DNA of 46,269 bases from an uncultured Rhizobiaceae bacterium (GCA_964622015.1 CAZUPN010000004.1:1-46269), one strand, 5' to 3'. Numbered from the stretch's first letter, positions 1 through 9,377 are shown. The notes: generated from the letters alone by a model not told the origin. A program made the numbers and translations.

Positions 1-1253
1 CAGGTAAAACGTCCACGAATAAATTTAGCATTTCTGACCACTTCATTATATTGTTTTGTGGTAATTTGAAATATTTTATAAGAGGCATTAATCTCAAAAT
101 GCTTAAAGATTTTTTTTAAATTTTGCTGCTTGCTATGGATTTCAGCCAAAATTTTACTAAGCTCAAACCAATGATCTCTTAAAAATATATTTAATTCTCT
201 GGCGCAATTTTTAGTAATTAATTTAATTGCGACTTCTTTTTTGCATTGATCAAAAACATCCTTAGTAAAATATTGCTCAAGTTTTCTGGCCTTAGTTTTA
301 TTTTGCATTATAAAATCATTGGCAATAATTGCTGGGCGAATTTGACGTAAAATTTTAGCCTGCAAATTGCTCACACTCATAGTTGTAGCCGCAATTTGCA
401 AGCCATGAAGAATATTGGCAACCTTGGTTGGATATTTCATTTCCAGTAGATGGGCAATTAAATGCTCGGCTTGACTTGCAATATAGCTAGATTTTGCAAT
501 TGTCATGCTAATTCCGGCAATTAGTAGAATCGTGACTAATTTTTCAAGTAAAATTTCATCATTTAATGAGTATTTTTGATAAGTCAGCATGAAATTGTCG
601 ATTTCTTTGGCTAAAATCGCAAATGATTCCTCATGAGGGTCGGTATTTAAGATCATGTTTGACAATCTGGCATCAAAATAGCAATTATAAAAACACAGGC
701 TATCGGCAATGCCAGCTTTGGTTAGCTCACTTGGTGATGATTTTAAAATTCCTAAATCAAAATAAATGGCAATTGGTAAAATAGCTGGCAGTGATTTTTT
801 ATGGCCCGCAATCATAATTGAAGCATTAGCTGATAAATAGCCATTCATTGAGGCGGCACTGGCAAAAATAATATAGGGAATTTTTAAATCATGACTCGCT
901 AATTTACATAAATCATTAATGGTGCCGCTGCCAAGAGCAATGATTAAATCACAATTTGAAGCTGCAGATAAAATTTTTTCTAAATAAGATTGATTGGTGG
1001 TAACCTTATTTTCTTTGGTAGCTTTAAAAATTAATCGCCTAAAATCTGAAGAAGCTGCTATTTTTTTAAAAGAATCACCAAAAAATTGCCAATTATTGTC
1101 ATAGATATTTTGATCAGAGATCAGTAAAATTTTTTTATTCCCAAAACCGAGATTAGCAACAATTTGGTCGCAATTAAGCGCAAGATCATTGGCAATTTTT
1201 ACCTCTAAGAGCGCTAAATTATGTTTTTTTATTAATTCTTTTATCAGCAGCAT
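1..1253 (-). CDS. iron-containing alcohol dehydrogenase superfamily protein, sn-glycerol-1-phosphate dehydrogenase (AraM/EgsA)-like; 3' end runs off the window
   Basis: Absent from the supplied ORF track because it is open to the window edge. My translation from the ATG at 1253-1251 begins MLLIKELIKKHNLALLEVKIANDL. Motifs LIIALGSGTINDLCKLAS, IPYIIFASAASMNGY and SQAEHLIAHLLEM...ILHGLQIA line up by eye with B. subtilis AraM motifs GSGTIHD, PTAPSVDGF, GGEHHISH and ILHGAKV. Confidence 0.6.
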   Translation of the reverse strand, partial: MLLIKELIKKHNLALLEVKIANDLALNCDQIVANLGFGNKKILLISDQNIYDNNWQFFGDSFKKIAASSDFRRLIFKATKENKVTTNQSYLEKILSAASNCDLIIALGSGTINDLCKLASHDLKIPYIIFASAASMNGYLSANASIMIAGHKKSLPAILPIAIYFDLGILKSSPSELTKAGIADSLCFYNCYFDARLSNMILNTDPHEESFAILAKEIDNFMLTYQKYSLNDEILLEKLVTILLIAGISMTIAKSSYIASQAEHLIAHLLEMKYPTKVANILHGLQIAATTMSVSNLQAKILRQIRPAIIANDFIMQNKTKARKLEQYFTKDVFDQCKKEVAIKLITKNCARELNIFLRDHWFELSKILAEIHSKQQNLKKIFKHFEINASYKIFQITTKQYNEVVRNAKFIRGRFT

Positions 1254-1355
1254 TGGTAAAGAGATATTATTTTTTTCTTGTGGGATAAATTATTGTAATT
1301 TATATTAGCGGCTGGAGAACTTTACCTAAATTACTTAACTAAAATCAACTAAAAA

Positions 1356-1754
1356 ATGGAAAAATTGCAATTGTTCTTATTAATAATGCAAGTTGTTATT
1401 GCTGTGGTGATGATTATTTTGGTCTTATTACAAAAATCAGATGGTGATTCATTAAGCGGCATCGGTGGTGGCAGCGGAGGAGCTAATTCAATAATCTCCA
1501 GCCGCGCTTCCGCTAATATTTTGACCAAAATTACTATGGTTTTGATTGCAATTTTTATGGCTAATTGCCTGATTTTGGCAGTTCTTTCTAAAAGTGGTCA
1601 AAAATCTTTTATCTCAGAAATTGATAAAATCGCTAAGGAGAAAGAAAAATCCAAACCAACACCTTCTAAGATCGATGACGGGGTAAAAAGCGAAGATCTT
1701 TCTGATATTAAGGCCAAAAAGCTAAAAACTATTGCGGCCCCAAAAGTTGAATAA
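1356..1754 (+). CDS. secG: preprotein translocase subunit SecG with a charged C-terminal extension
   Basis: Two hydrophobic helices flank the glycine-rich loop LLQKSDGDSLSGIGGGSGG typical of SecG. The last ~55 aa are Lys/Glu/Ser-rich. Confidence 0.85.
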   Translation: MEKLQLFLLIMQVVIAVVMIILVLLQKSDGDSLSGIGGGSGGANSIISSRASANILTKITMVLIAIFMANCLILAVLSKSGQKSFISEIDKIAKEKEKSKPTPSKIDDGVKSEDLSDIKAKKLKTIAAPKVE

Positions 1755-1766
1755 CATTATATTGCT

Positions 1767-2867
1767 ATGAAATTAACTATTTTAAATAAAATTCATAATC
1801 AGTTAGGCGCTAAAATGGTCGAATTTGCCGGCTATGAAATGCCGGTTCAATATAAGGAAGGTATGCTAAAAGAGCATGAATGGGTTAGAAGTGGCAATGT
1901 TGGGCTGTTTGATGTATCACATATGGGGCAGTTTTTAATTGAAGGTGATGAGGTAGCGGCGTTTTTATCATATATCACCCCTACTGATTTTCAATTAAGC
2001 CGCAATAATTTAGCCAAATATACGGTTTTAACCAATCCAGCCGGCGGCATTATTGATGATTTAATTGTTACCAAAATTAATGACCAGAAATTTTTTATGG
2101 TTTTAAATGCCGGATGCAAGGAAAAAGACGTAGCCTGGATTAGAAAAAATTTACCAACGGGTATCAAATTTAGCGAGCTTAGCTCACGTTCTTTAGCTGC
2201 GCTTCAAGGCCAAAAATCATCGCAGATTTTACAAAATCTAATTAAAGACCGCAATTTAGATGATTTAGCCTATATGCATATGGATAATTATCAGCTAAAA
2301 AATGGTGAGGAAATATATATTAGCCGTACTGGCTATACTGGAGAAGATGGCTTTGAGATCAGTATTGAAAATTCAGCAATTATTGATTTTTGGCAAAAAT
2401 TATGTATCAACGAGTCAGTAAGGCCAATTGGACTTGGGGCCAGAGATTCCTTAAGACTAGAAATGGGCTATCCGCTATATGGCCATGATTTAGATGAAAC
2501 TACCTCACCAGTTGAAGCCGGGATTTCTTGGGTAATTAGCAAATCCAGCCAAAATTTTATCGGCTCTGAGATAATTTTAGCACAAAAAACTCAAGGTGTT
2601 AAAAGAAAAAGAGTTGGGGTAAAAATTCTTGATCGCCAAATTGCAAGACATGGTATGGAAATAGCAAATAAAGAAGGTAAAAAGATCGGCCAATTAACCA
2701 GTGGTGGTTTTTCTCCAACTTTAAAAACTTCAATTGGACAAGGCTATGTTGATATAAAATCATCTGAAATCGGGCAGGAAATATCAGTAATTATTCGCGG
2801 CAATCCAGTGCCGGCAGTAATTCACTCACCAAATTTCGTTGCCGCTAAAACCAAAGCTAAAAAATAA
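1767..2867 (+). CDS. gcvT: glycine cleavage system aminomethyltransferase (T protein)
   Basis: 366 aa. Contains GAKMVEFAGYEMPVQY and LFDVSHMGQF plus a C-terminal barrel region typical of GcvT. gcvH follows directly. Confidence 0.95.
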   Translation: MKLTILNKIHNQLGAKMVEFAGYEMPVQYKEGMLKEHEWVRSGNVGLFDVSHMGQFLIEGDEVAAFLSYITPTDFQLSRNNLAKYTVLTNPAGGIIDDLIVTKINDQKFFMVLNAGCKEKDVAWIRKNLPTGIKFSELSSRSLAALQGQKSSQILQNLIKDRNLDDLAYMHMDNYQLKNGEEIYISRTGYTGEDGFEISIENSAIIDFWQKLCINESVRPIGLGARDSLRLEMGYPLYGHDLDETTSPVEAGISWVISKSSQNFIGSEIILAQKTQGVKRKRVGVKILDRQIARHGMEIANKEGKKIGQLTSGGFSPTLKTSIGQGYVDIKSSEIGQEISVIIRGNPVPAVIHSPNFVAAKTKAKK

Positions 2868-2890
2868 TAATAACTTTAATAATTAGACTT

Positions 2891-3256
2891 ATGAAATTTA
2901 CAAAAGATCACGAATGGTTAAAAATTGATGGCGATATCGCAACTATCGGTATTACTGAGCATGCCGCTGAAGCACTTGGAGAATTAGTATATGTTGAATT
3001 ACCAAGAATTGGTACTAATTATAATGCTGGCGATGCTTTTGCAGTAGTTGAATCTTCAAAATCAGCAAGCGATGTTTATATTCCATTTTCTGGAGAAGTA
3101 ACCGAAGTAAATGAAGCTTTGTCTTCATCTCCAGAGCTAGTAAATAATTCTACCTATGAGGATGGCTGGATTGCAAAAATCAAATTAAGCCCTAATCAAG
3201 ATAGCTCTAACTTGATGTCTCAAGAACAATATGACAAATATTTGCAAGATAAATAA
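2891..3256 (+). CDS. gcvH: glycine cleavage system H protein
   Basis: 121 aa with lipoyl-lysine motif VESSKSASDVY. Located immediately after gcvT. Confidence 0.95.
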   Translation: MKFTKDHEWLKIDGDIATIGITEHAAEALGELVYVELPRIGTNYNAGDAFAVVESSKSASDVYIPFSGEVTEVNEALSSSPELVNNSTYEDGWIAKIKLSPNQDSSNLMSQEQYDKYLQDK

Positions 3257-3795
3257 TGAAAGATTTGAGTAAAAAAGATCAACTTTTAATTACTTTTTTT
3301 AATTGCGGTAAATTTAAATATGGACCCGGAACTTTAACCAGCTTTTTATGCTTACCAATCTGGCTTATCATCAATTATTGTTTTTATTTAGCTAATTTTA
3401 GCATCATTACCACCCATCTATTCTGGTCTTTATTATTAATATCATTATTTTTATTTGGCATTCAGACTATCCCGCTTTACTCCAAGAATTTTGACCAAGA
3501 GGATCATCCTTCAATAGTTTTAGATGAGGTAGTTGGCCAGCTATCAACGCTTTTGCTTAGTTATTTGCCGGTTGCAAAATATTATTTCAAGGCTAGTTTT
3601 AGCCAATTAGTTATATTGCATCTGATTTGCGCCTTTATTTTATTTAGGGTTTTTGATATATTCAAACCATCAATTATTAAAACCATTGATAATATGAAAG
3701 GTAGCATTGGAATTATGCTAGATGATGTAGCGGCGGCAATAATTGCAGCTTTGATTACCAATATTATAGTGATATCGTTTAAATTTTTCTTGTGA
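3256..3795 (+). CDS. pgpA: phosphatidylglycerophosphatase A
   Basis: Contains PgpA motifs IVLDEVVGQ and FRVFDIFKP...GSIGIMLDDVAAAIIAAL. Its ATG overlaps the gcvH stop (TAATG at 3254-3258). Confidence 0.85.
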   Translation: MKDLSKKDQLLITFFNCGKFKYGPGTLTSFLCLPIWLIINYCFYLANFSIITTHLFWSLLLISLFLFGIQTIPLYSKNFDQEDHPSIVLDEVVGQLSTLLLSYLPVAKYYFKASFSQLVILHLICAFILFRVFDIFKPSIIKTIDNMKGSIGIMLDDVAAAIIAALITNIIVISFKFFL

Positions 3796-3799
3796 TCAA

Positions 3800-4135
3800 A
3801 TGGATTTTTTAAATAAAATTAAAATAAAACTCTCTTGTAAGAAAGTCGGCAGTGACGAGTTTGGCAATCAATATTACCAGCATCCAAAATCTTTAAAAAG
3901 ATATGTTGTGTATAAAGGCATGGTTGAGGCCTCTAAAATACCGTCAAATTGGCATGGCTGGATGCATTATAGCACTGACAAAATTCCGGATCAAAACCAA
4001 CCAAAAAATTCCTGGCACCAAACTCATTTACCAAATTTAACCGGCACTAAATTACGTTATTTTATCGGTGGCCATCTAGCTAAAAAATCTCTGAGAGTAA
4101 AAACTGGCGGCGATTATCAGGCTTGGAAACCTTAG
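3800..4135 (+). CDS. NADH:ubiquinone oxidoreductase subunit NDUFA12-like protein
   Basis: 111 aa. Motifs DEFGNQYYQ, RYVVYKG and WHGWMHYSTD are typical of alphaproteobacterial NDUFA12 homologues. Confidence 0.8.
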   Translation: MDFLNKIKIKLSCKKVGSDEFGNQYYQHPKSLKRYVVYKGMVEASKIPSNWHGWMHYSTDKIPDQNQPKNSWHQTHLPNLTGTKLRYFIGGHLAKKSLRVKTGGDYQAWKP

Positions 4136-4157
4136 ACTTTTACTTGAGGTTCTTTTT

Positions 4158-4255
4158 GCCCTCCTTAAATGAGGCCCGACCCTGTTGTCATTGCCGCCTA
4201 TGCGGGGATGACAAGAAAGGGAGCTGAAAGATGATAAGAAAAGATGAAGGCTTCT
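4158..4255 (+). repeat. GC-rich palindromic core (TTGTCAT...ATGACAA hairpin, 4185-4214) followed by degenerate GATGA(C/T/A)A repeats at 4207, 4230 and 4243
   Basis: Read directly from the intergenic sequence. CGGGGATGACAAGAAAGGGAG (4203-4223) matches the complement of 14941-14961 at 20 of 21 positions. Confidence 0.75.
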
Positions 4256-4325
4256 TAATACAGAGCGTCCTGAAGCAAGAATTGACTATTACTAAAATTA
4301 TTATTTAACATTAAACAAACTAAAT

Positions 4326-4724
4326 ATGAATAAAACTAATAATTATTTTGAAATTATTGTCGGTACTTTTGTTTTAGTGACCGCAATTGTCTTTTTTGTA
4401 AGCTCGGCAAAAAATGCCAAAATCGGCAGTAATGGCGACAGATACCATCTCCTCGCCAAATTTGACAATATTAGCGGTATCGCACCGGGTAGTGATATCA
4501 AAATTTCAGGAGTAAAAGTTGGTATCGTCGAAGATCAGTTTTTAGATCAGCAAACATTTCGTGCGGTTTTAAAAATGGCAATCAATAAGTCAGTAAAAAT
4601 TTCTTTGGATTCTTCAGCTAAGGTTGCTAGCGATGGCTTACTTGGTTCTAAATTTCTTGCAATTCAACCGGGAGGCGATGAAGAAAATTTAAAAGATGGC
4701 GAAGAAATAAAATTTACTCAATAA
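4326..4724 (+). CDS. mlaD: outer membrane lipid asymmetry maintenance protein MlaD (MCE domain)
   Basis: N-terminal TM anchor followed by an MCE domain (FDNISGIAPGSDIKISGVKVGIV...LGSKFLAIQPG). Confidence 0.85.
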   Translation: MNKTNNYFEIIVGTFVLVTAIVFFVSSAKNAKIGSNGDRYHLLAKFDNISGIAPGSDIKISGVKVGIVEDQFLDQQTFRAVLKMAINKSVKISLDSSAKVASDGLLGSKFLAIQPGGDEENLKDGEEIKFTQ

Positions 4725-4790
4725 GTTTTGAAGATTTACTTGGAAAATTTATTTTTGGCGCATCAAATAATAGTTCAAAAGAAAAGCAAG

Positions 4791-5423
4791 ATGAGAAAAA
4801 ATCTTAAGCTGGCATTAATCTTACTGGGATCTTGTTTATTTTTGCTAAATTTTAACAATCATTGTTTTGCTGAAATTATCTATAAATTGCAAAATAATTC
4901 AGATCAATCTTTTCAAGATAGCAGCAATGGCCCAGAACAAGAATCAGACACTAAAAAATTGGATCAGCAGCCAGCAAAGCCATTAGAAACGCTACCGCCA
5001 AAGCCGGATAAAGAAGCCGAGGATTCAGCTGCTAAAGCCTTAGAATCAAAAACTCCGCAAGCTAAATTAATTAGCAATAATGGGTTATCTTTGGATAAAA
5101 TAGATCAATCAAGATTTATGAATATAGCCGAACTTCAGGGGCTAAATAAAATTACCGCCAAAACCTCGATTTTAAGAGCTAGAGTTGGAGAGCCAATCAA
5201 ATTCGGTAATTTGTTAGTCATTATTGACAAATGCTGGCAAGCCCCTATTAGTCAAAGGCCGGATAGTAAAATTTTATTGGAAATTTTTGAAATTAAACAT
5301 AACGCTGATAATAGCGAAACTAAAGAGCGGATTTTTTATGGCTGGCTTATCGCCTCTGACCCAGCAGTCTCAGCTTTGGAGCATCCGATTTACGATATTA
5401 CTGCGCTGAGTTGTAGCAAATAA
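4791..5423 (+). CDS. DUF2155 domain-containing secreted protein
   Basis: C-terminal region LNKITAKTSILRARVGEPIKFGNLLVIIDKCWQAP...FYGWLIAS matches what I recall of DUF2155. The track start at 4728 is TTG. I prefer ATG 4791, which gives signal peptide MRKNLKLALILLGSCLFLL. The position next to mlaD and NDUFA12 is a conserved alphaproteobacterial neighbourhood. Confidence 0.75.
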   Translation: MRKNLKLALILLGSCLFLLNFNNHCFAEIIYKLQNNSDQSFQDSSNGPEQESDTKKLDQQPAKPLETLPPKPDKEAEDSAAKALESKTPQAKLISNNGLSLDKIDQSRFMNIAELQGLNKITAKTSILRARVGEPIKFGNLLVIIDKCWQAPISQRPDSKILLEIFEIKHNADNSETKERIFYGWLIASDPAVSALEHPIYDITALSCSK

Positions 5424-5437
5424 CTTATAAATTTAAT

Positions 5438-6091
5438 ATGAAAAATCCTTCAGTAAAAATTGCGCCATCAATCCTTTCTGCTGATTTTGCTAATTTAGAA
5501 AAAGAAATAAAATTAATCACTGCCGCCAAAGCTGATTATATCCATATCGATATTATGGATGGCAGCTTCGTTCCAAATATCACCATTGGTAGCGAGGTAG
5601 TAAAAAGCCTCAGAAAACATACCAACTTACCCTTTGATGTCCATTTAATGATTAAAAATCCCGATTTACATATTGAATCTTTTGCTAAAAGTGGCGCTGA
5701 TATTATTACTATTCACGCCGAAAGCGTTATTCATCTTGACCGCAGCATTAATCATATTAAATCACTTGGCAAAAAAGCCGGAGTTTCTTTGGTGCCCTCA
5801 ACTCATGAAAATATTTTAGATTACATCATCAATGAAGTTGATTTAATATTAGTAATGACGGTTAATCCTGGCTTTGGTGGGCAAAAATTCTTAGATTCAC
5901 AATTAAGTAAAATACAAAATATTAGAAAAAAAATTACCGCCGCTAAAAGAAAAATTGACCTTGAAGTTGATGGCGGAATTAATAATCTAACCGCTAAATT
6001 AGCAGTTGCCGCCGGAGCCAATATGTTAGTTTCTGGATCATATATTTTTGGCTCCAAAGATTATCAAAAAAATATTTTGAGTTTAAGATAA
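5438..6091 (+). CDS. rpe: ribulose-phosphate 3-epimerase
   Basis: Contains PSILSADF, HIDIMDGSFVPN, MTVNPGFGGQKF and EVDGGIN motifs. Confidence 0.95.
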   Translation: MKNPSVKIAPSILSADFANLEKEIKLITAAKADYIHIDIMDGSFVPNITIGSEVVKSLRKHTNLPFDVHLMIKNPDLHIESFAKSGADIITIHAESVIHLDRSINHIKSLGKKAGVSLVPSTHENILDYIINEVDLILVMTVNPGFGGQKFLDSQLSKIQNIRKKITAAKRKIDLEVDGGINNLTAKLAVAAGANMLVSGSYIFGSKDYQKNILSLR

Positions 6092-6164
6092 ATTTTATCC
6101 CCTCTCTTTCCTCCTTAAAAGAGGGAGTATTTGAGTATGATAATTTAAATTAAAAAATAAACTA

Positions 6165-7583
6165 ATGACCAATTACATTGTCTATGGCCTTGGAATCTCA
6201 GGGATTGCAACTCTTAAATATTTAGCCAAAAATCAGCAAAAAATTATTGCCTGCGATGATAATTGGCAGGCAGTTTCAAATTTAAAATCAAAATTACTGG
6301 CTGAGAATTTTACCTTCATTAACAATATTGAATTTCTAAAATTTGAAGAAATAAAATGGGATCAAAATACTGTAATTATTTTTGCCCCCGGAATTCCGCT
6401 CTATCATCCAAAACCACATAAAATCGTTGAGATCATTGCCAAATATGGCTGCAAATTAATTTGTGATATTGAGCTTTTTTATCAACAATTTCATCAGGAT
6501 TATAATTTTATTGGCATCACCGGCACTAATGGCAAATCAACTATCTCTGCTTTGACCAATTTTATTATCAATCATCTAGGCCTAACCTCTGAAGTTGGTG
6601 GCAATATCGGCATACCATGCTTTAGCCTTGGTAATCTTGCCAAAAATTCCGCCTATGTTCTTGAAATGTCATCATTTCAGCTTGCTTTGGTCAATAATCT
6701 TCATTTTAGAATTGCCTCACTTGGTAATATTACCCCTGATCATATTGATCGTCATGGCGGAGCGGCAGAATATATTGCCGCTAAAAAAAGAATTTTTAAC
6801 CATCAAAATGCTGATGATTACTCAATAATTGGCATTGATAATCATAATTCACTTAAGGTTTTTGAGTCATTAAAGCAAAATCGCAATTTCAAATCTAATT
6901 TAATTACAATTTCAACTAAAAAAATTGCGCCAAATTCAGTGGCAGTAATTGCCGGCAAACTTTATAACCGAATTGATAATGCCAATTCAGAATTTTTACT
7001 AAGCGATATTTTTCTTAAAGGCGAACATAATGCTGAAAATATTGCCATCGCTTTTGCCAATTGCTATTGCTATTTAAAGCAACAAAATCTGCTAACCAAA
7101 ATTCCTGAATCCAAAATTATCGATGCAATCAGGCTTTTTAAGGGCCTTAGGCATCGTATGCAACTTTTGGGCCAAATTAACCATATTAATTTTATCAATG
7201 ACAGTAAGGCAACCAACGCTGAATCCACTGAAAATGCGCTAAAAGTCTATGATAATATTTATTGGATTTTGGGTGGCGCTGAAAAAGAAGGCGGTATTGA
7301 AATATTAAAACCTTATTTTAAAAAAATAACCAAAGCCTATTTAATTGGGCATGCAACTGAAATTTTTGCTAAAATATTGCAGGAAAATCAAGTAATTTTT
7401 GAAAAATGCGGTAATTTAGAAAATGCTTTTAATAAAGCGCATGAAGATGCCAAAAAAGACCCGCTCGACCAAAAAAATATCTTACTTTCACCAGCATGCG
7501 CATCTTATGATCAATGGAAAAATTTTGAAGAAAGAGGAGATTTCTTTTGCAAATTATTTGAAAGACTTACCACAGCTAATTAA
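6165..7583 (+). CDS. murD: UDP-N-acetylmuramoylalanine--D-glutamate ligase
   Basis: 472 aa Mur ligase with P-loop GITGTNGKST and the NDSKATN motif. The N-terminal Rossmann-like domain is typical of MurD. Confidence 0.95.
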   Translation: MTNYIVYGLGISGIATLKYLAKNQQKIIACDDNWQAVSNLKSKLLAENFTFINNIEFLKFEEIKWDQNTVIIFAPGIPLYHPKPHKIVEIIAKYGCKLICDIELFYQQFHQDYNFIGITGTNGKSTISALTNFIINHLGLTSEVGGNIGIPCFSLGNLAKNSAYVLEMSSFQLALVNNLHFRIASLGNITPDHIDRHGGAAEYIAAKKRIFNHQNADDYSIIGIDNHNSLKVFESLKQNRNFKSNLITISTKKIAPNSVAVIAGKLYNRIDNANSEFLLSDIFLKGEHNAENIAIAFANCYCYLKQQNLLTKIPESKIIDAIRLFKGLRHRMQLLGQINHINFINDSKATNAESTENALKVYDNIYWILGGAEKEGGIEILKPYFKKITKAYLIGHATEIFAKILQENQVIFEKCGNLENAFNKAHEDAKKDPLDQKNILLSPACASYDQWKNFEERGDFFCKLFERLTTAN

Positions 7584-7587
7584 ATTT

Positions 7588-7978
7588 ATGAAAACCATTG
7601 CAATTATTGGATTTGGATTTTCTGGTACAGCGTTTTTTCTAAATCTCATCAAGTGCAATTTACCTAAAGATTTAAAGATAATTATTTTTGAAAAAGAGGA
7701 TCTGAAAAATTGCCATTCATAGCAAAAAGGATTCTTTTAAAACTGATTTCTTGGTAAATTGCCTGGGATTTGAACTAAAAGCTAAGAAATATCCGCTATT
7801 TTCTGCAATGATTAAAAATAATTTACTAAAGCCGGATTTAATCATGATGAAACCGAATAATTGCAATATATTTTTGCTTGGAGGATTAAATATTGCTCAA
7901 GATTTTGAGAGCACCTCAGTACCAAATATCAGGCTACAAATTGAGGATTTAGTACCTAAAATTGCAGCAGAAATTTAA
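7588..7978 (+). pseudogene. remnant of an FAD/NAD(P)-binding oxidoreductase gene: N-terminal and C-terminal pieces only, middle deleted
   Basis: ATG 7588 gives MKTIAIIGFGFSGTAFFLNL (a dinucleotide-binding GxGxxG fingerprint), which stops at 7722. A second frame at 7751-7978 gives VNCLGFE...IFLLGGLNIAQDFESTSVPNIRLQIEDL, typical of the C-terminus of this family. Together they cover only ~120 aa. Confidence 0.6.
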
Positions 7979-8003
7979 ATTATCTAATTAGCATAGATTA
8001 TAA

Positions 8004-8032
8004 TTGACATTTATTTTTGAAATCATGATATT
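8004..8032 (+). promoter_or_regulatory. candidate sigma-70 promoter for the porin gene
   Basis: TTGACA (8004-8009), a 17-nt spacer, then GATATT (8027-8032), about 85 nt upstream of ATG 8117. Pattern match only. Confidence 0.3.
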
Positions 8033-8116
8033 GAAAGCCTGTGCAAAGCATAAATTTTGCCAATCTAAATTAAAGAATTATTTGCCTTTTTGATTAACTT
8101 AATTTAAATCATAACT

Positions 8117-9337
8117 ATGAAAATCATTCATTCACTGAGCTTAGCTGCCCTGATTAGCGCCTGCTCTTTTAGTGCTTTTGCTGCTAGCGGAGGCCATTAC
8201 AACAACACCATGACCAAAGATTGGAATGGTTATCGTGAAAAATTATTCAACCAAGGTATTGATATTAAGCCTTATTATAAAGTTGATGGCTTTTATAATA
8301 CTAATGGCGGCTTATCAAAGGGCGATAAGTTTCTTGATCGAGCTGCCTTTGTAGCTGATTTAGATGGCAAGAAAATGCTAAAAATTCCCGGCTTAACTTC
8401 TCATATCGCTTATTACACTAATAGTGGTGGCAATCCAGATGAATTAGTTGGCAGTGTTCAAGGTACCGACGCCATGTCAACTCGTCAGGGAGTGCAAAAA
8501 GCCAGGTTTTATGAAGCTTTTTTACAGCAAAATTTACTCTGCGACAAGGTTTCGATCTTATTTGGTTTAAGAGATATCAATAATGAGTTTTTCTACGCTC
8601 CTTCAACTGATATTTTTATTCATGAAATTGATGATATTGATAGAGATCCTACAATATCCTCATCCTTATATACTTCAATTGCGCCATTTTCTAGCACTTT
8701 ACGCCTTAAAGTTACGCCAAATAAGGATTATTACGTACAAGCTGCGGTACTTGATCGTAGAACCAAAAAAGACAATTATCCTGGTGTTGCCGGATTTAAT
8801 CATCTGATAGTAGCTGAAGCTGGCCTTACCCCAACCTATAATTCTCATAAAAATAAGTTTGCCCTAGGTTATTGGCACTATAAAGACAGATTCCCGGTAT
8901 ATGGCAATAGCGCCGTTAGAAAGCAATATCAAGGATTCTACTTACTTGCAGATAGCCAAATCTATAAAGAAAATGACTCTTCAGATCAAGGTTTAAGCAG
9001 CTTTGTTAAGATAAAATTTGGTGATCGTGATGTTGGCGTTTTTGATCATACTATTAATGCCGGCTTGCTTTATAAGGGCTTAGTTCCAAATAGAGATGCT
9101 AGTACTCTTGCTTTAGCGATAATTAAAAGTCACTTTGCTAAAAAATATCGCAAAGCAACATTAACTTCTGCTAGGCAGTTTAACTCATCTGAAACTACTT
9201 ATGAACTAACTTATAGCGATAATTTATTGCCATGGTTAACAGTGCAGCCAGATCTTCAATATGTGGTTAATCCGGCTAGTGGTAACGCACTTAAAAATGC
9301 AACCGTGGTTGGCTTGAGGCTAATTGCCAAGATCTAA
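8117..9337 (+). CDS. carbohydrate-selective porin, OprB family
   Basis: Signal peptide ending SAFAAS, beta-rich sequence, and a C-terminal QPDLQYVVNP...VVGLRLIAKI typical of OprB-family porins. Confidence 0.8.
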   Translation: MKIIHSLSLAALISACSFSAFAASGGHYNNTMTKDWNGYREKLFNQGIDIKPYYKVDGFYNTNGGLSKGDKFLDRAAFVADLDGKKMLKIPGLTSHIAYYTNSGGNPDELVGSVQGTDAMSTRQGVQKARFYEAFLQQNLLCDKVSILFGLRDINNEFFYAPSTDIFIHEIDDIDRDPTISSSLYTSIAPFSSTLRLKVTPNKDYYVQAAVLDRRTKKDNYPGVAGFNHLIVAEAGLTPTYNSHKNKFALGYWHYKDRFPVYGNSAVRKQYQGFYLLADSQIYKENDSSDQGLSSFVKIKFGDRDVGVFDHTINAGLLYKGLVPNRDASTLALAIIKSHFAKKYRKATLTSARQFNSSETTYELTYSDNLLPWLTVQPDLQYVVNPASGNALKNATVVGLRLIAKI

Positions 9338-9377
9338 TCTTGGTAAAAAGCTTAAAAAAACCATAATAATCTTTGAG

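Noticed and set aside
1755-1766. Glycine riboswitch upstream of gcvT.
   Set aside because: Only 12 nt separate secG and gcvT, which leaves no room for the aptamer.
7423-7587. The 5' part of track ORF 7423-7722.
   Set aside because: This portion is an alternative frame of the murD 3' end. Only the part from ATG 7588 has protein-like features, and it is reported as a pseudogene fragment.
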